A stretch of 64,000 nucleotides of DNA, from NCBI GenBank assembly GCA_051294905.1, contig CM119372.1, positions 11,782,001-11,846,000 on the forward strand, read 5' to 3'. This document shows positions 25,500-39,400 of the stretch, one piece after another. The notes below the pieces were generated by a model. It ran no database searches. It was not told the DNA's origin and saw nothing but the letters and a program-made list of their open reading frames with translations. The stretch is from Botryllus schlosseri. Taxonomy: Eukaryota. Each line of letters opens with the position of its first letter. Within the stretch, counting starts at the first letter, position 1. The translations under genes were made by a program, and so were the position numbers.

Positions 25500-25624
25500 C
25501 TCGCAGACTGTACCGGCGAATGCTCGACGCAGCTGTTCCAGCGTCTGCTTCTATAAATACGGCAACGTATATTGTCATGGGGTTTAGCTTAACAACAAGT
25601 AATGGTCGATTATTGGGAATTTAG
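25500..25624 (+). promoter_or_regulatory. Candidate muscle-gene promoter and first non-coding exon of the nebulin gene
   Basis: E-box CAGCTG near 25530, TATAAATA near 25552, and donor-like AG|GTGAGG at 25624; supported only by position upstream of the nebulin exons. Confidence 0.25.
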
Positions 25625-26960
25625 GTGAGGTGACCGAGGGGTGAGACTGGTGAACTACGACCAAGTGCAGTTTGTGTTCGGATAAAATTGCAACAGGAAC
25701 ATCATGCAGAGGAAATAGTTTTGATATTGTTGAGATTCACGATAATATCGCTAACCAAGCTACATATTCGGCCTGGAAATTTGTAGCCTTACGGAGATAC
25801 CGTAGTAGTTGGACATGCGATCAAATGCAGCTCTTCGATACTCGATGACTGCACTGCACAGTGCACACAGCAGTTCGCCTGAAGCTCTATTTTGCCACAG
25901 GGCAGTATCATGTTCGAGGGCCAACTATTGAAATCGCTAACGTAGAATGCATTTACAGTAGTATTTTTGATACGAGAATTCGATTCCGGGACGTGACAGA
26001 CTCGTAGATGTAGCAACAATGCAGAGCCCTTTGTTTATGCTACGATTGTGTGAAATGCTTGGGAGCTGTAATGGTGTATCGCTGATTGAATTATTGATTC
26101 TGGTTGTTCATATCAGCTTGGTACATTAGTGAATAGTGATTTATAACCCTTCTGTTGAACTGGTGGATTAGCTGAAATCTCTTCGATACTGTTGTGACTC
26201 AAAGTCAGGATATACGAGTTTGACCAAGATCTCGATAGGAAAATTCAACCAGGCGTGAAGCGGTTTTACAGAAGTCGGCATTCCAGATATTGTTGAAGGT
26301 ATGCATAACACGATTCCGTGAAATGTATGTGAGGTTTGTGTATCGTGATTCCATCTTACCTCGATCTGTACATTGTTTCTGCAGATAAATTACCTTCCAT
26401 TTACTCAGTCACGGGGTAGGAGACACATAACCCTGTCCCTCGCTAATATAAATGCATTGTTTATCCTTTATTTTGTGGCCTAATGGTGCCCACGGTGGAT
26501 TTATTTTGGTATGACCAATTCATGAAAACTTTGATTCCTTTTCTAATTCAATTCGGATGATAAGCTATTGGATTTAATTTCGTTAATCAGATTAATATCC
26601 GCAGCAAGACCCTCATGATTGCAATTTTAGTTCTTGACCGAATAGATTTGTATATCGTCAAATTGCGCGGAATGTTAGTTGTAAATAGCAGTGGCTCAAT
26701 CGTGTGGAACTATTTCACTAATTCGCTCAACCTCAACAGTCAACTGAAACAATACCGGCATTTCAACGACAGTACCGGTAACTAAAGCGTAACATTTACG
26801 TTCACGTATGTGCGGTGTTCGTTTTCAACGGCGATGTCTCCTGAGGCGCACAGCCTGTTCCTTATGCAGTGGCTTTTACCTCTCTTATTCCGCTCTTCAG
26901 AATTTTTCTATGAGAATCCGAAATATCTTCTCCACCCATTTCTCTTGACATAACCTGAAT

Positions 26961-29900
26961 ATGAGCAATAAAGATGAGGTAAGTTTATTCCCAAGCATGT
27001 GTGGATACCATGTACCCTACTGAAGAGTCACCTTTTGAAAGCTATACGAACGTCAATGACTGGTCTTGTCATTTGTTTTTCATAATGAACCGCATGCTGA
27101 CGCCTGTCGAATGTAGGCCGGGTATTGTAAACGAGGTTTTCTGCCAATTGACTGGTACCGTATGAGGGCAGTACAAAAAAAAAACTTAGCCAGCAAAAAA
27201 TGCGTCAGGATTTCTTTACCTGTCTCTTGATGGCAAAATCGGCGTATGATTGGTTTGTATAATATAGTGAACAAGCTCGGGCAAATAGGGGTATTAACAG
27301 TTTCAGTGATTCCATTCTACCCGTTTTTATTGCACAGGGGCCTTGGCTTAATGACGCTACGTGGTTATAATGACCTCGGACTGATGTTGCCTAGTATATA
27401 GGTTTCACATATATCGTTCGGGTGAGGATATGGCTTAAAATAGTGTCACCGTTATGTGTATGACTACAGACGGACGTTCCCATGTACCCCGAGTACCTTC
27501 CGAAATTTTTGATAAAAATGCCAACGAGAAAATCAGATTGCCCAATTGATCACGTATCGAACTGACGCGGACACTACCAAATGATTTGTGATTGGTCAGA
27601 AATCATTTCGTCATCACTATCCGGCAGCAGGCAGTTGTTGCCAAACACCTCAGCTCCAATCCGAAGTTTAATCAATTTCGCGTATGGGAATCGTGTCATG
27701 AATGCACTCAAAATACCCTTTACCCGTTTTCGTATGTACCGAAATGACACCAGACATACCAGAGAATATAGCTCCTTTAAGACAGTTGCCTCGTTGTCAC
27801 TTACAGATACTGCAATCAACTCCACTAACCACCTCGAAAAGATTCATTACATCCTATTGGGAATGGGGGACCTTGTCGACTATGATCGTGGACGTGTTGT
27901 AATATTAGTTTTAGATTACCCTACATACGGTTGCAAGCCCATTTGAGGCATACAATAGGCTGGTGGAAGGGGTCTATGACTATAAGCTGGGAACCACTTA
28001 TTTAGCCTATGTTCAATTGTTCATGTAAGAAACCTATCGCGGGTGTTTATGACGGTAATATGTAAATGAGCAACTTTCATTCAACTCCCAAATAACGAGT
28101 TAATTGCATTTATTGCTATTAATGGCTCCAAAATACAAGCTGTTACAGATGAATGAAACCGAAATGTTCGAACCAGAGTCGATCTTGTTCCGAATTTGAG
28201 CATTAAATCCTAGTCTAAATCCAAATTATGAATTAGTTTCGTATCATGTCTAAGAACAATTATTCTGTATCTGGTAGGTATGGACTCGAACTTATCCTGA
28301 AAATAATTTTAACGTGTCTGAATCCAAGTCCTAATCAGGAACGTGAGTTCAGTGGAGGCAAGTGAGGCAGTGACTATCCTGTCGTCAGACTAAGTAGATA
28401 GTGAAGGCATTATTGGTTATTGATGTAAATCAGAGGTGGCCAACGTTTTCGACCAAAGGGCCACATGAGATTTACGAACCATGTCATGAAAACTCTATGT
28501 GCTGTGCAACTGTGTAGTAGGCATTGATGTCCTGGTCACGCGAAGAGCGAAATTTTTCCAAAGGTTTATATTGGGGGTCGCGACTGTACAACAACTGGGC
28601 TCATTTGGCAAGGACAGGATTATTCGGCGTTTAAACATAGCAATATCGAAGGTTTCGATGAACATGCCTCTATCATTTTGTGCAAATGTTTCATCGCCAA
28701 CGATCTCGCTGCGAGCGCACAAGCGCAGTAGCAGGTTGGACGGCACGGTATCACCTAATTGCGAATCTGGTTAGATCAATTTTCAGGACGGGCTCCAATT
28801 CTAAATGCAAGAAATCGAGTGACAATCAATCATGCGAAGTGCTAAGAAAAATTTCAAGTCAAATAAATCTCCTACGAAATATTCTACTTTATGGTCATGG
28901 TCATACAAGAAGAACTACGATAAATGTGGCTGGCCCTTGGTTACGCCGATGCGTCGGAACTGGTGTTTTAGTTATCATCAAATTTTGCGGTCAGGCTAAT
29001 TAAATTTTGGTTGGCCTTGCAATTTTACCTGATGTTATAACTAATTTCGAAAATTACCTCGCGGGCCACGAGTTGGCCGCCCCTGGTATAAATGGTATTT
29101 GTCCAGTGGTGTTCATGAATGACAATTTTGAACTGGTTTACTACCACAATTACACGATTTTCGGATATATTGGTCACAAATAGGGCGACAGGAGAGGTGA
29201 GACAGAGACTATAGCCAATCCTCACCTGTGATAACAATCCAAGCTCAGAATTTAAAATAACAATAGTATCAATCGGATACTATAGACCAGGGATCGGTAA
29301 CCTTTTCAAAAGAGCCATATTGACCCTATATTTTCAATTGTAATCCTGGAAGAGTCATGAAATGACTCCCGTTGACTGTTACGTCACAATTGAAAGCCAA
29401 TTTTCTTCGTTTTTATTCCGTAGCTGCCGACTTGTGGCACGGCCCACTTCTAGGCATCTATATGACACCGTTTACTCGTATGACATGCGGTGAGGTAGTA
29501 CCTTCTTACGTATAGCCTAAATGCGAAGAGTGCTGATGTGTTAAGAAAGAACTTAATCAGCTAACGTTTTCGATTTATGTATTTGCGAAGCCGATTCTAA
29601 GCGGGATGTATCTCCAGAACCGCGAACCCCACCACACCTGACTAGTCCTAATGCAATATAGAGAAATTCTTCGAAATCCGACCCTAGAACCATCTAATTT
29701 TTTACTCAAATTCGTGTTCTTCTCATCCAATTATGAATCTGGAACGTTCAATGGCACCGTCAATTTGCCATGACAAGCATAAACTGAACGTGTTGCGATG
29801 GAATTTCGCACGTAGTAACCGGGTAAAAATTCGGAAATGTATTTATTTGCATGGAGATTCATACTACATCAATTCAAATCTCAGTCACCAAGCTACCTTA

Positions 29901-32900
29901 CGGAACGCTTGCCGAGATAATAACTGTATTCGTCGTATTATTATTTCGAAACGAAGGCGCAAATCCAAAGACGCGATACGGAGGTAACTCCCGGCTCCAA
30001 CGGCGGGAAACGAAAAAAGAAAGTTCTCGTAAAAAAGAAGAAAGGTCAAAATAGTCCGACTGAAATCAAACCAACGTCACCGCCTGGGACGAGCGAAACC
30101 TACTACGAATACCCGATTGGAGAGTACAGCGTGGAAGGCACAGATCACCCACAAATTGATGGCGAGGATGGTCCCTCGGGAATGCAGACTACGAGTTACT
30201 ACGTCACTGAGCAGCCGTCTGATAGCGAGGACGCGGTACAAAACTCTGAAAACATCAGGAACGGCGGTGGCAGCATTGAAATTTTGTCCATTGCGGACGA
30301 TGACCCAAGCTATGTAAATACCACCGAATTGGAGGTTCGAAGCCCTGAGTGCTGGCATGTCGTGTTGCATAGCCGTCACACGCCCGCATTTGCATGCTGT
30401 ATTGCACAAATCACCTCAAAATTCCAGGTAATGAGCGGTAGAATTAGGAAGAAAGGTTGTATTCTTATTAGATATCTTCACAACAAAATAAAATATACAA
30501 TCCAGGAAGCGACCTGCTCAAGAAAATTTGCGTGATTGGAATAAACTTTAAAATTTCAGTGAAGTCAAATTGCCATTACTGTGCAATACGTGAAGAGTTA
30601 GATTACAAAATAGCGATAAATGAAGAAATAGCAAGAGTTAAATGAATAGATTATTGAAAACAAAGAATACATCAGGATTTTTGCTATGATTTTTTAACCT
30701 AGTGGTCCATGGTATTTCGTAGAATATATATTAGTTCCTAATAGAGTGACTTTTGAACTGTCAAATCGGACGTTTGCTGTTTTATTTTTTGGATTCGGGA
30801 TTTTGCTTACGACGCCATTAGCGCTGATGATCACCGACACAATGTGATTTTCGCATCGCATCATTTTCTTGCATTCAATGTTGAGCTCCGTGTATTTCGA
30901 TTGCTTTTCCACTGCTCCTATTCGTATGTTTTGGTCAGCTTGAATGGTCAGTTCAATAAATAGACATTACGTTTTGTCTTTTTATTTAATTTGAAAGTAA
31001 CTCTCGGTGCTCCATATTTCGTGGTTAGTCCTTGACTGGTATATCCCAAATGATAGTAACTTGATCATTCGTATTGGTCAGTTGACGTACCATTTGTTCG
31101 TTAGTGTGGTGTTGTTGAATTGTTTGCAGCATTCGAGGTTCGAGATTATTATTAGTATATCACAACAGTGGCGTTTATCCCCTACCAGGGCCAGCTTGTA
31201 CACCAAGATAGTAGCTTTGTGAAGTTCATTCTTTCATTGACTTGATCATGTTGCAGAAAGACTTCATCCCATTCTGCATTCGGACTCGCTGACATGCGTC
31301 CGGGTAATTCTTATTGCCGACCTACAGTGCCGCTCCCTTTCTCTCTGGGCTTTTATATGCACTGCAGTCGCAGTGAGGTCGATCGGCGATGAGGATGTGT
31401 GTTGTTTTGTTTAATCGAAAAGTGTTTCGGAATTGTCACGGGAAGTCAATTGCACCTTCTCTCTTCCTCAACCACATATAGCGTTTGCGTGAGTTTATGT
31501 GAAGTAGTCAATCAGCTTCAGTGACGTATTTTGTACCCCAGTGACACACACGCGAATCATACAGCAGAAGTCACACTGACTTGCAGTAAGTATCCATTAT
31601 ATTATTTTTGGTTTGCGACAAGGAATTTTGTCAGAAGGGATCTTATCAAGGCGCGAACCGCGGCCCCGTGCGAACCCATTTTTATTCGTGATCGTCCGAT
31701 AGACAGACTACTGTAGCGTTTGCTGGTCGTAATCCAACCGGCCAACCCTAATCGATGGCTATAGCCCATCGCCTGACTCACCTGTCCTAATCACCTATCC
31801 GAAATCCTGTAACCATAAACCACCGACACCTGTCGAGACACAGAATTTGGTATTAGTGTTACGTGACTAGCGCCCAGCCCTTGCCCCAATCGCTTCCCTG
31901 AACGGGCCGGTGGCACCGTCGCCGCATGCAGAACAGTTTCGGGTGGAGCTTGCTATCCTGGAGATCGGGACTGTCGATTTCCATCTGTCGACGGCTTTAG
32001 GGCGATCGCATAACACATTTATTGTCCTAAGCGTATGTCCCAAATCACTTGATCAAAATGACGAATGTCCAAATCGGCATTTTCCATGTCGAAAGTTTCA
32101 AAATGTGTCATATACCAACTGTACGGATTGTCCGGTTACCTTTTTGTAGAACAGACCAATCCAACAGTCATATCACTCTCTATAATACTCTTATCCATTT
32201 CTCGCATTCATGTATGTAACATTTCTCATCGTTAATTTCCATCATTTGCATAATCGCCAAAGCTTCACCCATCCTTTGAAATAAATGGCGATGAATAGCA
32301 TTCCATGCTCGATACATGCGTACATTTACTACGCCCATCCGCAATAAAATGATATACACAGTGGATTATATTTTGACGATGTTATACATACGCTCAATAA
32401 TTCACAGGGATTCGAAGGTAATAATACGGAGATGGCGGACAACAGCAAATGGAAGGGAAAAAACCTCTCGTACATGACCCCGCAGATGATGCATGCATTG
32501 AAAATGTCACAAACACAAAGCCAGGTGAGGCGATTGCTGATTGTCTGAGAATTGAATATCAATCGCTCGACGCGCCACGACTGTACGTACGTCATCGCAT
32601 AATGAATATCCATCCATGTGTAATGTGTATGTATAATGCATGCGGCTGTCCAGTGTGAATATCTCGCGTTACATCGTTTCCTCGCGAATCACAATCAATC
32701 ATCGGATTCACAAAAGATACTGAACGCCGGCCAGTGGCAAATTTGTTTGGATGAATTCTGAAGCTAATTTCGTTGATAAGCCTACTATACTTCAACAATA
32801 CGGAGCTGAGCAATAATATGTAGCTTGATGTCATAATTAACCATCTTCAGGAACGTATCTACCCAATTCGGGGCGGTAGGCAGTCCTACGTACTCGCGAG

Positions 32901-35900
32901 CATCGAATCTAATTCGCTGTAACTGCGGAATCGATGTCAAAAACAATAGCCTAATATTATTTTCAGTATAGCGGACATTATTATCAAGTTACTCGTGGGC
33001 AAGAATATGAATGTATTTACTCTCGCATATTAGAAACTAATGACTAATTGCCTCTGTCACAATTCGATAGAAACTTAATATCGCGTATTTCGAATTGAAC
33101 TAGTGGTTGGTAACAATTGTAACTCAGTAAGTAACAAAATATCGTAACTGCGGGTGAATTTCTTCAAGTGGAAAGTCTAACTTTGATTTGTAATTATCTT
33201 AATATTATTACCGCTTGCCGAAACTCGCCAAGTGGGACTTGAACTCGCACAAAGCAACCTTCTTAGAATACCTATAAAAAGACCTACAACGAACAAGTCA
33301 AGGGGAAAGGAAGTGCGGCCACGGACACGGTCGAGACAAGACGCGTCAAAAAATTGACCACCGAGCAGAGTCTGGTGCGTAGACCAGCAGAACCGTAAAC
33401 ATTGGCACGTCCACAATTAAATGCGCAGCGATTTAGAAATGTGTATCCAATTGTTGATAGCTGAATTACCACAAAGACTTTGAGAGCGCGAAATCGAAGG
33501 GATACACGGCAGTAACCGAGACCCCGGAACTGCAACGAATCAGGAAGCAGCAAACTCACCACGATGTAAGTCCAGTCGCCGTAATCGTACACGCGAAATG
33601 TACTCTACTAATGCCTACGAAAGGTTTCCCTTACCAAACGGCTCGCTTCTCTCTTCGGTCTCCGCTTATCATTGATCGGGAAATCATTTCCTTCATCCTT
33701 CTTAATCACGCAAAGATACAGCTCACACATCCATACCTGTCGTGCTATCACGATGAATCATTCGTAACAATCGACGCGCATGGCTGATCTTTCTAACTGT
33801 TGATCTGTTACGCTTTTCGCGGACTCTTCTCACTTCTGTCGATCCCCTCCGCTATCCTTTTCGATGCAAATGGTGCCTGCCTTGCCTCCTGGCGAATTGC
33901 AAACCCAGCTTGACTACACGAGGGAGATGAAGAGAATTCAAGACCAATACAATCTGGACGGATGCTTGTCCACCTTGCCAGAAATCGATATCGCTAAAAA
34001 GGTGTCGGAGCAATCGAGCAAGGTAAGAAGCAAATCGAAGGCAACTACTATCTTGTATCCCTCATATCTTATCAAAGCAATTCTGACATCATCACGCCCG
34101 TTGATAGTTTACGAAAATGAGAATATCATGGTTGAAATCATACTAAATCATGCGGAAATTCCTGGATGTTCAAAATAGATATTGCAATGAATTGGATTTC
34201 TAAACTAAATGGACATAATGTTGATACTAGCTACGTTATATAATTCGAATTATCATCGTTATGTGAATTATCATTATCAGTATCCGTGTAGATATCTTGC
34301 CTTGGTAATTCAGTGTCGATTGGCGTATGCTTCATTGTTGGCGACAATTTCTTTTGAATTGTCTCCAGAAAGGGTACCGAGAAGACTATGAACGAAACAA
34401 ACACGCTTCGGCATTCGGTAAAGTTTACACGGATGTGTTAGCGTACAAAGTTGCCCGAGCCGCCAATGATGCCATAAGTGAAGTATGTGGCGGGTTCGTT
34501 GAGCGGTAATGTGTCATTTAAAACTGGTTATGCTCTAATAATGCAGAGTAAATACAAAAAGGATTGGGAAGCAGACAAAAACATCATATATTATCCCGTC
34601 AACTTGACGCCGATGTACGAAAACGCGGTAAATTCTCAACAAACCGTCAGTAACGTAAGTCGGCCTACTCCAAATTGCTGATCGCGAGATCTTCCGAAAA
34701 CTATAACGTAGCTACCGCTTCAAAAACGCAGAACTTGTATCGAAGACGAAACGATGAGGACATGGCTTTGAATCACTATAATCCCGTCGATACTAAAGAA
34801 TACGAAAACGTCAAGCAACAGCAAAGCAACATCAGTGACGTATGGTGATAGCATTGGACAAACTAGAATACTGTAAAATGTAACAAATATATTACATCCC
34901 GTTCCAGACGCGTTATAAAGCTCAGTACATGCAAGACAAAAGCAAAGGGTACACTTTTATCCAGCCACCGCACCAGGCGTACATATCTCAAACCTTGAAT
35001 GCAATTCTGTCGAACGTAAGTAAAAATGTGACGTATATCGTAGGCTCATTTGAGGCTACAGGCTAGCCGTCGTTCTGAATGAAGATTGAAGATGCTTGGA
35101 TTGGTAGGCCTACCTACATTTTGAAAGCGAAAATATGTGGTACAATTGACTGTCTAGTTGACTTTCGACTAACTTAAAAAACACGCATCCACATAACATA
35201 TAAAACCGAGAGTTTGAATACGTTTCAAGTGGTGTTCGATATTCCACCAGAATATTATTACAAAGCTGTTTTGCAAACAGCACCATTCGTTTATGTCATC
35301 CGGAAGGAAACGCAGCACCTTTTCATATTTATACACCTAATTACACTAGGATCTAGTAAAAAAGGATGTTTTAACAGAAACTGTACACCGAACGAGCGAG
35401 AAAGTTATGGGAACATTATCACCTCGTCGTACCGATACCGCAAATAGCAGTAGCCATTGAGGTGATTACTTTAATTATGTGACATATAACACTTTCAATG
35501 TTATCATCACTAATATCATTTCTTCTCAATCAGACGGCCAAGGCGACTTCAGACAAAGCGTACAAGGCTCACTTTATGGCTGAGATTATGTCCAAGTCGG
35601 GAAGGGCTGATATTAAATGTTATCCCGAGCTGCTCTTGGCTAGAAAAGTCGCAGGTCTCGTTAGTGAGGTAGGCTGCCGTATACTAGGCATATAATAGGA
35701 GCTATGTTATCTTTTGCAGCCACATCAACTAGTAGCAATTTAGTTATGTCCAAAGTATCCCGAAGTATAATTTCATCATGTCTGAACAGAATGCTTACAA
35801 AAAAGACGGTGGGAGTTACAATCTTCCCTACAGCATACCCATTGATGCTCCAGAGTTTCTCAGAGCAAAGAAAGCAGCTGAAGGAAGCAACGTGAGTTAT

Positions 35901-36422
35901 CGATGGTCTGTTGTGGCTAGGCCATACATTGTACTGACTATTCTCTTGTTGGTTGTCTCTACTTGTGCTACTTAACAAAGTTGTTTTGTTTTTCAAATGT
36001 TAGCCTACTGTATTTACTCTTGTGTGTTATCATTTTACACTGTATACTGTCTTAGATTCGTGGATGTAGTTTTGTATCTTGAAAATTATCTATGGCTACT
36101 AGAATTGTCGCTAACTACCTGTTCAAAGATACTAGAGCAAATCTCCAACCTCCTTTTCAAATCGCATAAAGTTTATTGGATTTTATTGGGAATGCCCGAT
36201 GAATAGCCTACTCCAGTTTCTGCTTTAGTAAGATTTTTCAGGCCTGGATTGAATGCTCATTGCTCATATGTGGCATTTCACTTTTGCCGTATAGGCCTGT
36301 ATTACCTGTCACTGATACACCAGTGTTGTTGATCCGAGTGCATATGGTTCTATTCCTGTGTCCAGTGTAATTGTGGCTGTGAATTCTTCGTGTGAAGGTC
36401 ATAGATGCCGAAGCCATCTCTC

Positions 36423-36460
<38 letters not shown>

Positions 36461-39400
36461 TGGTCCATGTAATCAACAATAGCATAGCAAAATACAATTT
36501 GCCCCCGAATAAAATTACTCGAGTAGAATATATTATAAGGCTTCCTGGTTTTCGCTGCATTGTATTGCAATTGCATTAGAAGAAATGAAAGCTGATATGT
36601 ATGATTAATAATGTGATAAATGTAATATGATTAACATCATTATCCTGCAATTTGGTATGGCTTTGCTAAGAGAATTTCTGACAGATGTAGCATACATATG
36701 AGACAGACAAATCTAGACATACAGTCGTGGTTGAATAATAGTCAAATGTTCTTATAATTTATTCAGATAATTTACAAGAAGCAGAAAAATGAAACCCTTT
36801 CAGACTATCGTGGTTATCAAACAATGGAGACTAAACATCATCCTGTGTTGAAGCAGAAGGAAAAGGCTGAAGAGCACAGTGACGTAAGAATCCGGTGTTT
36901 CGTGTTCAGAAATCTATTAAAAATGCTGTCTCACAGATCAAGTATAAAGAAGACTGGGAGTATGATAAAAGCTGTGTGTACTATCCGGTTCACATCACGC
37001 CTGGATACGAATCACTGCTAAAAGCAAACGAAGCCAAAAGTGATGTATGTACCATATGTTTATCTACTATATGTCATTCCTCCTGTTCTCAATAAGGGAC
37101 ACTCATTCTTTGTGTATACGGTACATTATTTACTAATTTGAATATAAAGATATCCTGATATGATATCAAAATGGCAAACTTTAACGATGCTAGCAACGAA
37201 TTTGAATACTAGTGAGGTCCGTAATTTTTTGTGGATTACCTCACGCTCAAACCTAGGCTACATCAATAGCCAAGTCTACTTTTATCTGCACTAATCCAGT
37301 TAGTGATATAATGATGTATTGATTATAACTTCTCATCTCCCAGTTCTGTTTGAATGTTTCGAGATAAAGTCCATCAAATAAATATTGCTCCATTGGTTTT
37401 TAGCAAATCGTTATAAACTCAGAAAGTAAATCATGATTGGTATAGAAAAAGTGTTGTATATGTTAAATTTCTCATACATCAAATTGCCAGCAGACAACAT
37501 GTAAATCAAATTTCAATGAGAAATTCTAATTAGGCGGATGTGTTGAGTCAAACGCAATATTCCCATTTGTTGTTTTATTGATGCTCAGGTGTAACTGTGC
37601 TTACTAAATATTTCATGACAACACTTCTACATGCAGGTACCGTATAAACACCCTCTTCATCTGCCTTTATGTGGCGATCAAGAATAGGTAATTGACTGTC
37701 ACTTATTTCAATTTAGGTCGCATACAAGGAAGAATTCAACAAAACCAAAGCCCAAAACAGATATGATGTTACATCAACTCCAGTATATAAAACACACAAG
37801 GAAATTGAAGAAGCTACCGCGAATGTTAGTTGATATATATAATATGCTGCCGATTTCATGTCTTATGTGGCACTTGTACACCCAGCCAAAGTACAAGCAA
37901 GAGTACGAAAAGAGCAAGGCAAACGTTACCCAGATTGCCGACACTCCGGAGCTTAAATTATTCAAGGATTTGCAGCCGATTCAAAGCAAAACTAAGTATG
38001 GCGCCAAATCCAAGAATATGCAAAAAGATGTCAACATTGGTCCAGGTATTCACATATGCATATAATACATTCGTATACACTTATAAATCAAATACTATGT
38101 AATCATTTCATCAATTGTAGCGCCCAGGTCAGCAATCTTCAATAATAAAGATTTAGGACACGTGGTGTTGAAACTCGTAGGGATCAGACAAATTTCACAA
38201 AAATTTGCTCAATATCATCGAAGCTGGTCAAAGTAATTATCAAAGTAGCAATGGTACAATATTTCAGAAGTTCAAGTAAAAGTGCTTTTTAGGCAAGTTA
38301 GAACTACGTTAAGTAAGGTCGAAAAACAAACTGATCGCAAAATAATCAGAATGGTTGAAAATCTTCTTCACGCATTAGTAAAGCACTTTCAGCCATGTGG
38401 AAATATTAAGAAACGGTATAATTCAACCTGATAAAAAACATTACAAATGACTTTAGATCTGCAAGAGATCGCGCACGCGGTGTCGTCCCAGAAAATATTG
38501 TCCAAGGAGGATTACAAGAAGCATTACAAAGACCATGTGCTCGGTCAGGCTCCACAAGATCCGGCCATGGCTTATCCCGAATATCGGCTCATGAGAGATG
38601 TCTCTGAAAAAATTAGGCCGGTGAGACACGCGGGTCTGATGACAATTAACTCAGCATCTAAACACGGTCATACATTGCAGGCAAACTACAGGAAAGAAGC
38701 AGATCAACAGAAGCAGCGCGTTCAAATGCCGCCTGATCATCCGGATTTCCTCCGTGCCAAGGAAGCCGCTAAGAACCTGAGCGATGTAAATAGACGTATT
38801 TAGTCTATGTGAAGACGCTGTTATCATGCATAATTGACAGGTGGAGTATCAGAAACAGAAGCATGAAACCATTCAAAAACATCGAGGATATCAAAGTCTT
38901 GATCCGCAAGATCACCCGGTGGTCAAACAGAGTCAAGAGGCCATGAAACTTCAATCGGAAGTAAATGCTTAATAAATCATTCTCTTTATCAGAGCACTCA
39001 ATCTGATTAATATATCATCTCAACGTGTGTTTTGCTTTTATGATTCCAGTCAATCACCCCCAGTACTATAATTTCGATTAGCGGGAATGTATTTGATCAC
39101 AAAGATTTTCCTAAACTACTGCCTACGTCTTGTGTCAATTTCACACGCCCGCAAATCAGATAAAACATGAAGTTTTCGCCATACTATCATACAACAATGT
39201 GTTTCATTCCGCTGATAGTATTTGAGCTTGGACACCTGTGATCCCTGTGTGTTCAAAATCCGTACTATAACTACCATGACATCTGAGGAGGGAACTGCAT
39301 TAAGCAAAGCATGCATCATTTCATATCTCTATTCAGTCATGTTTGCGCATTATGCCCAATCATCGCTTGTGTGGTTCATCCAGTTTCTGAAGTCAGAATG

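Noticed and set aside
33273..33279. TATAAAA as an internal promoter
   Set aside because: It lies within coding exon 33267-33374 (TAT AAA AAG = YKK).
33864..33908. ATG at 33864 as the nebulin start codon
   Set aside because: An acceptor (gcaaacccag) at 33908 yields a normal 38-aa module exon, and three further nebulin exons lie upstream.
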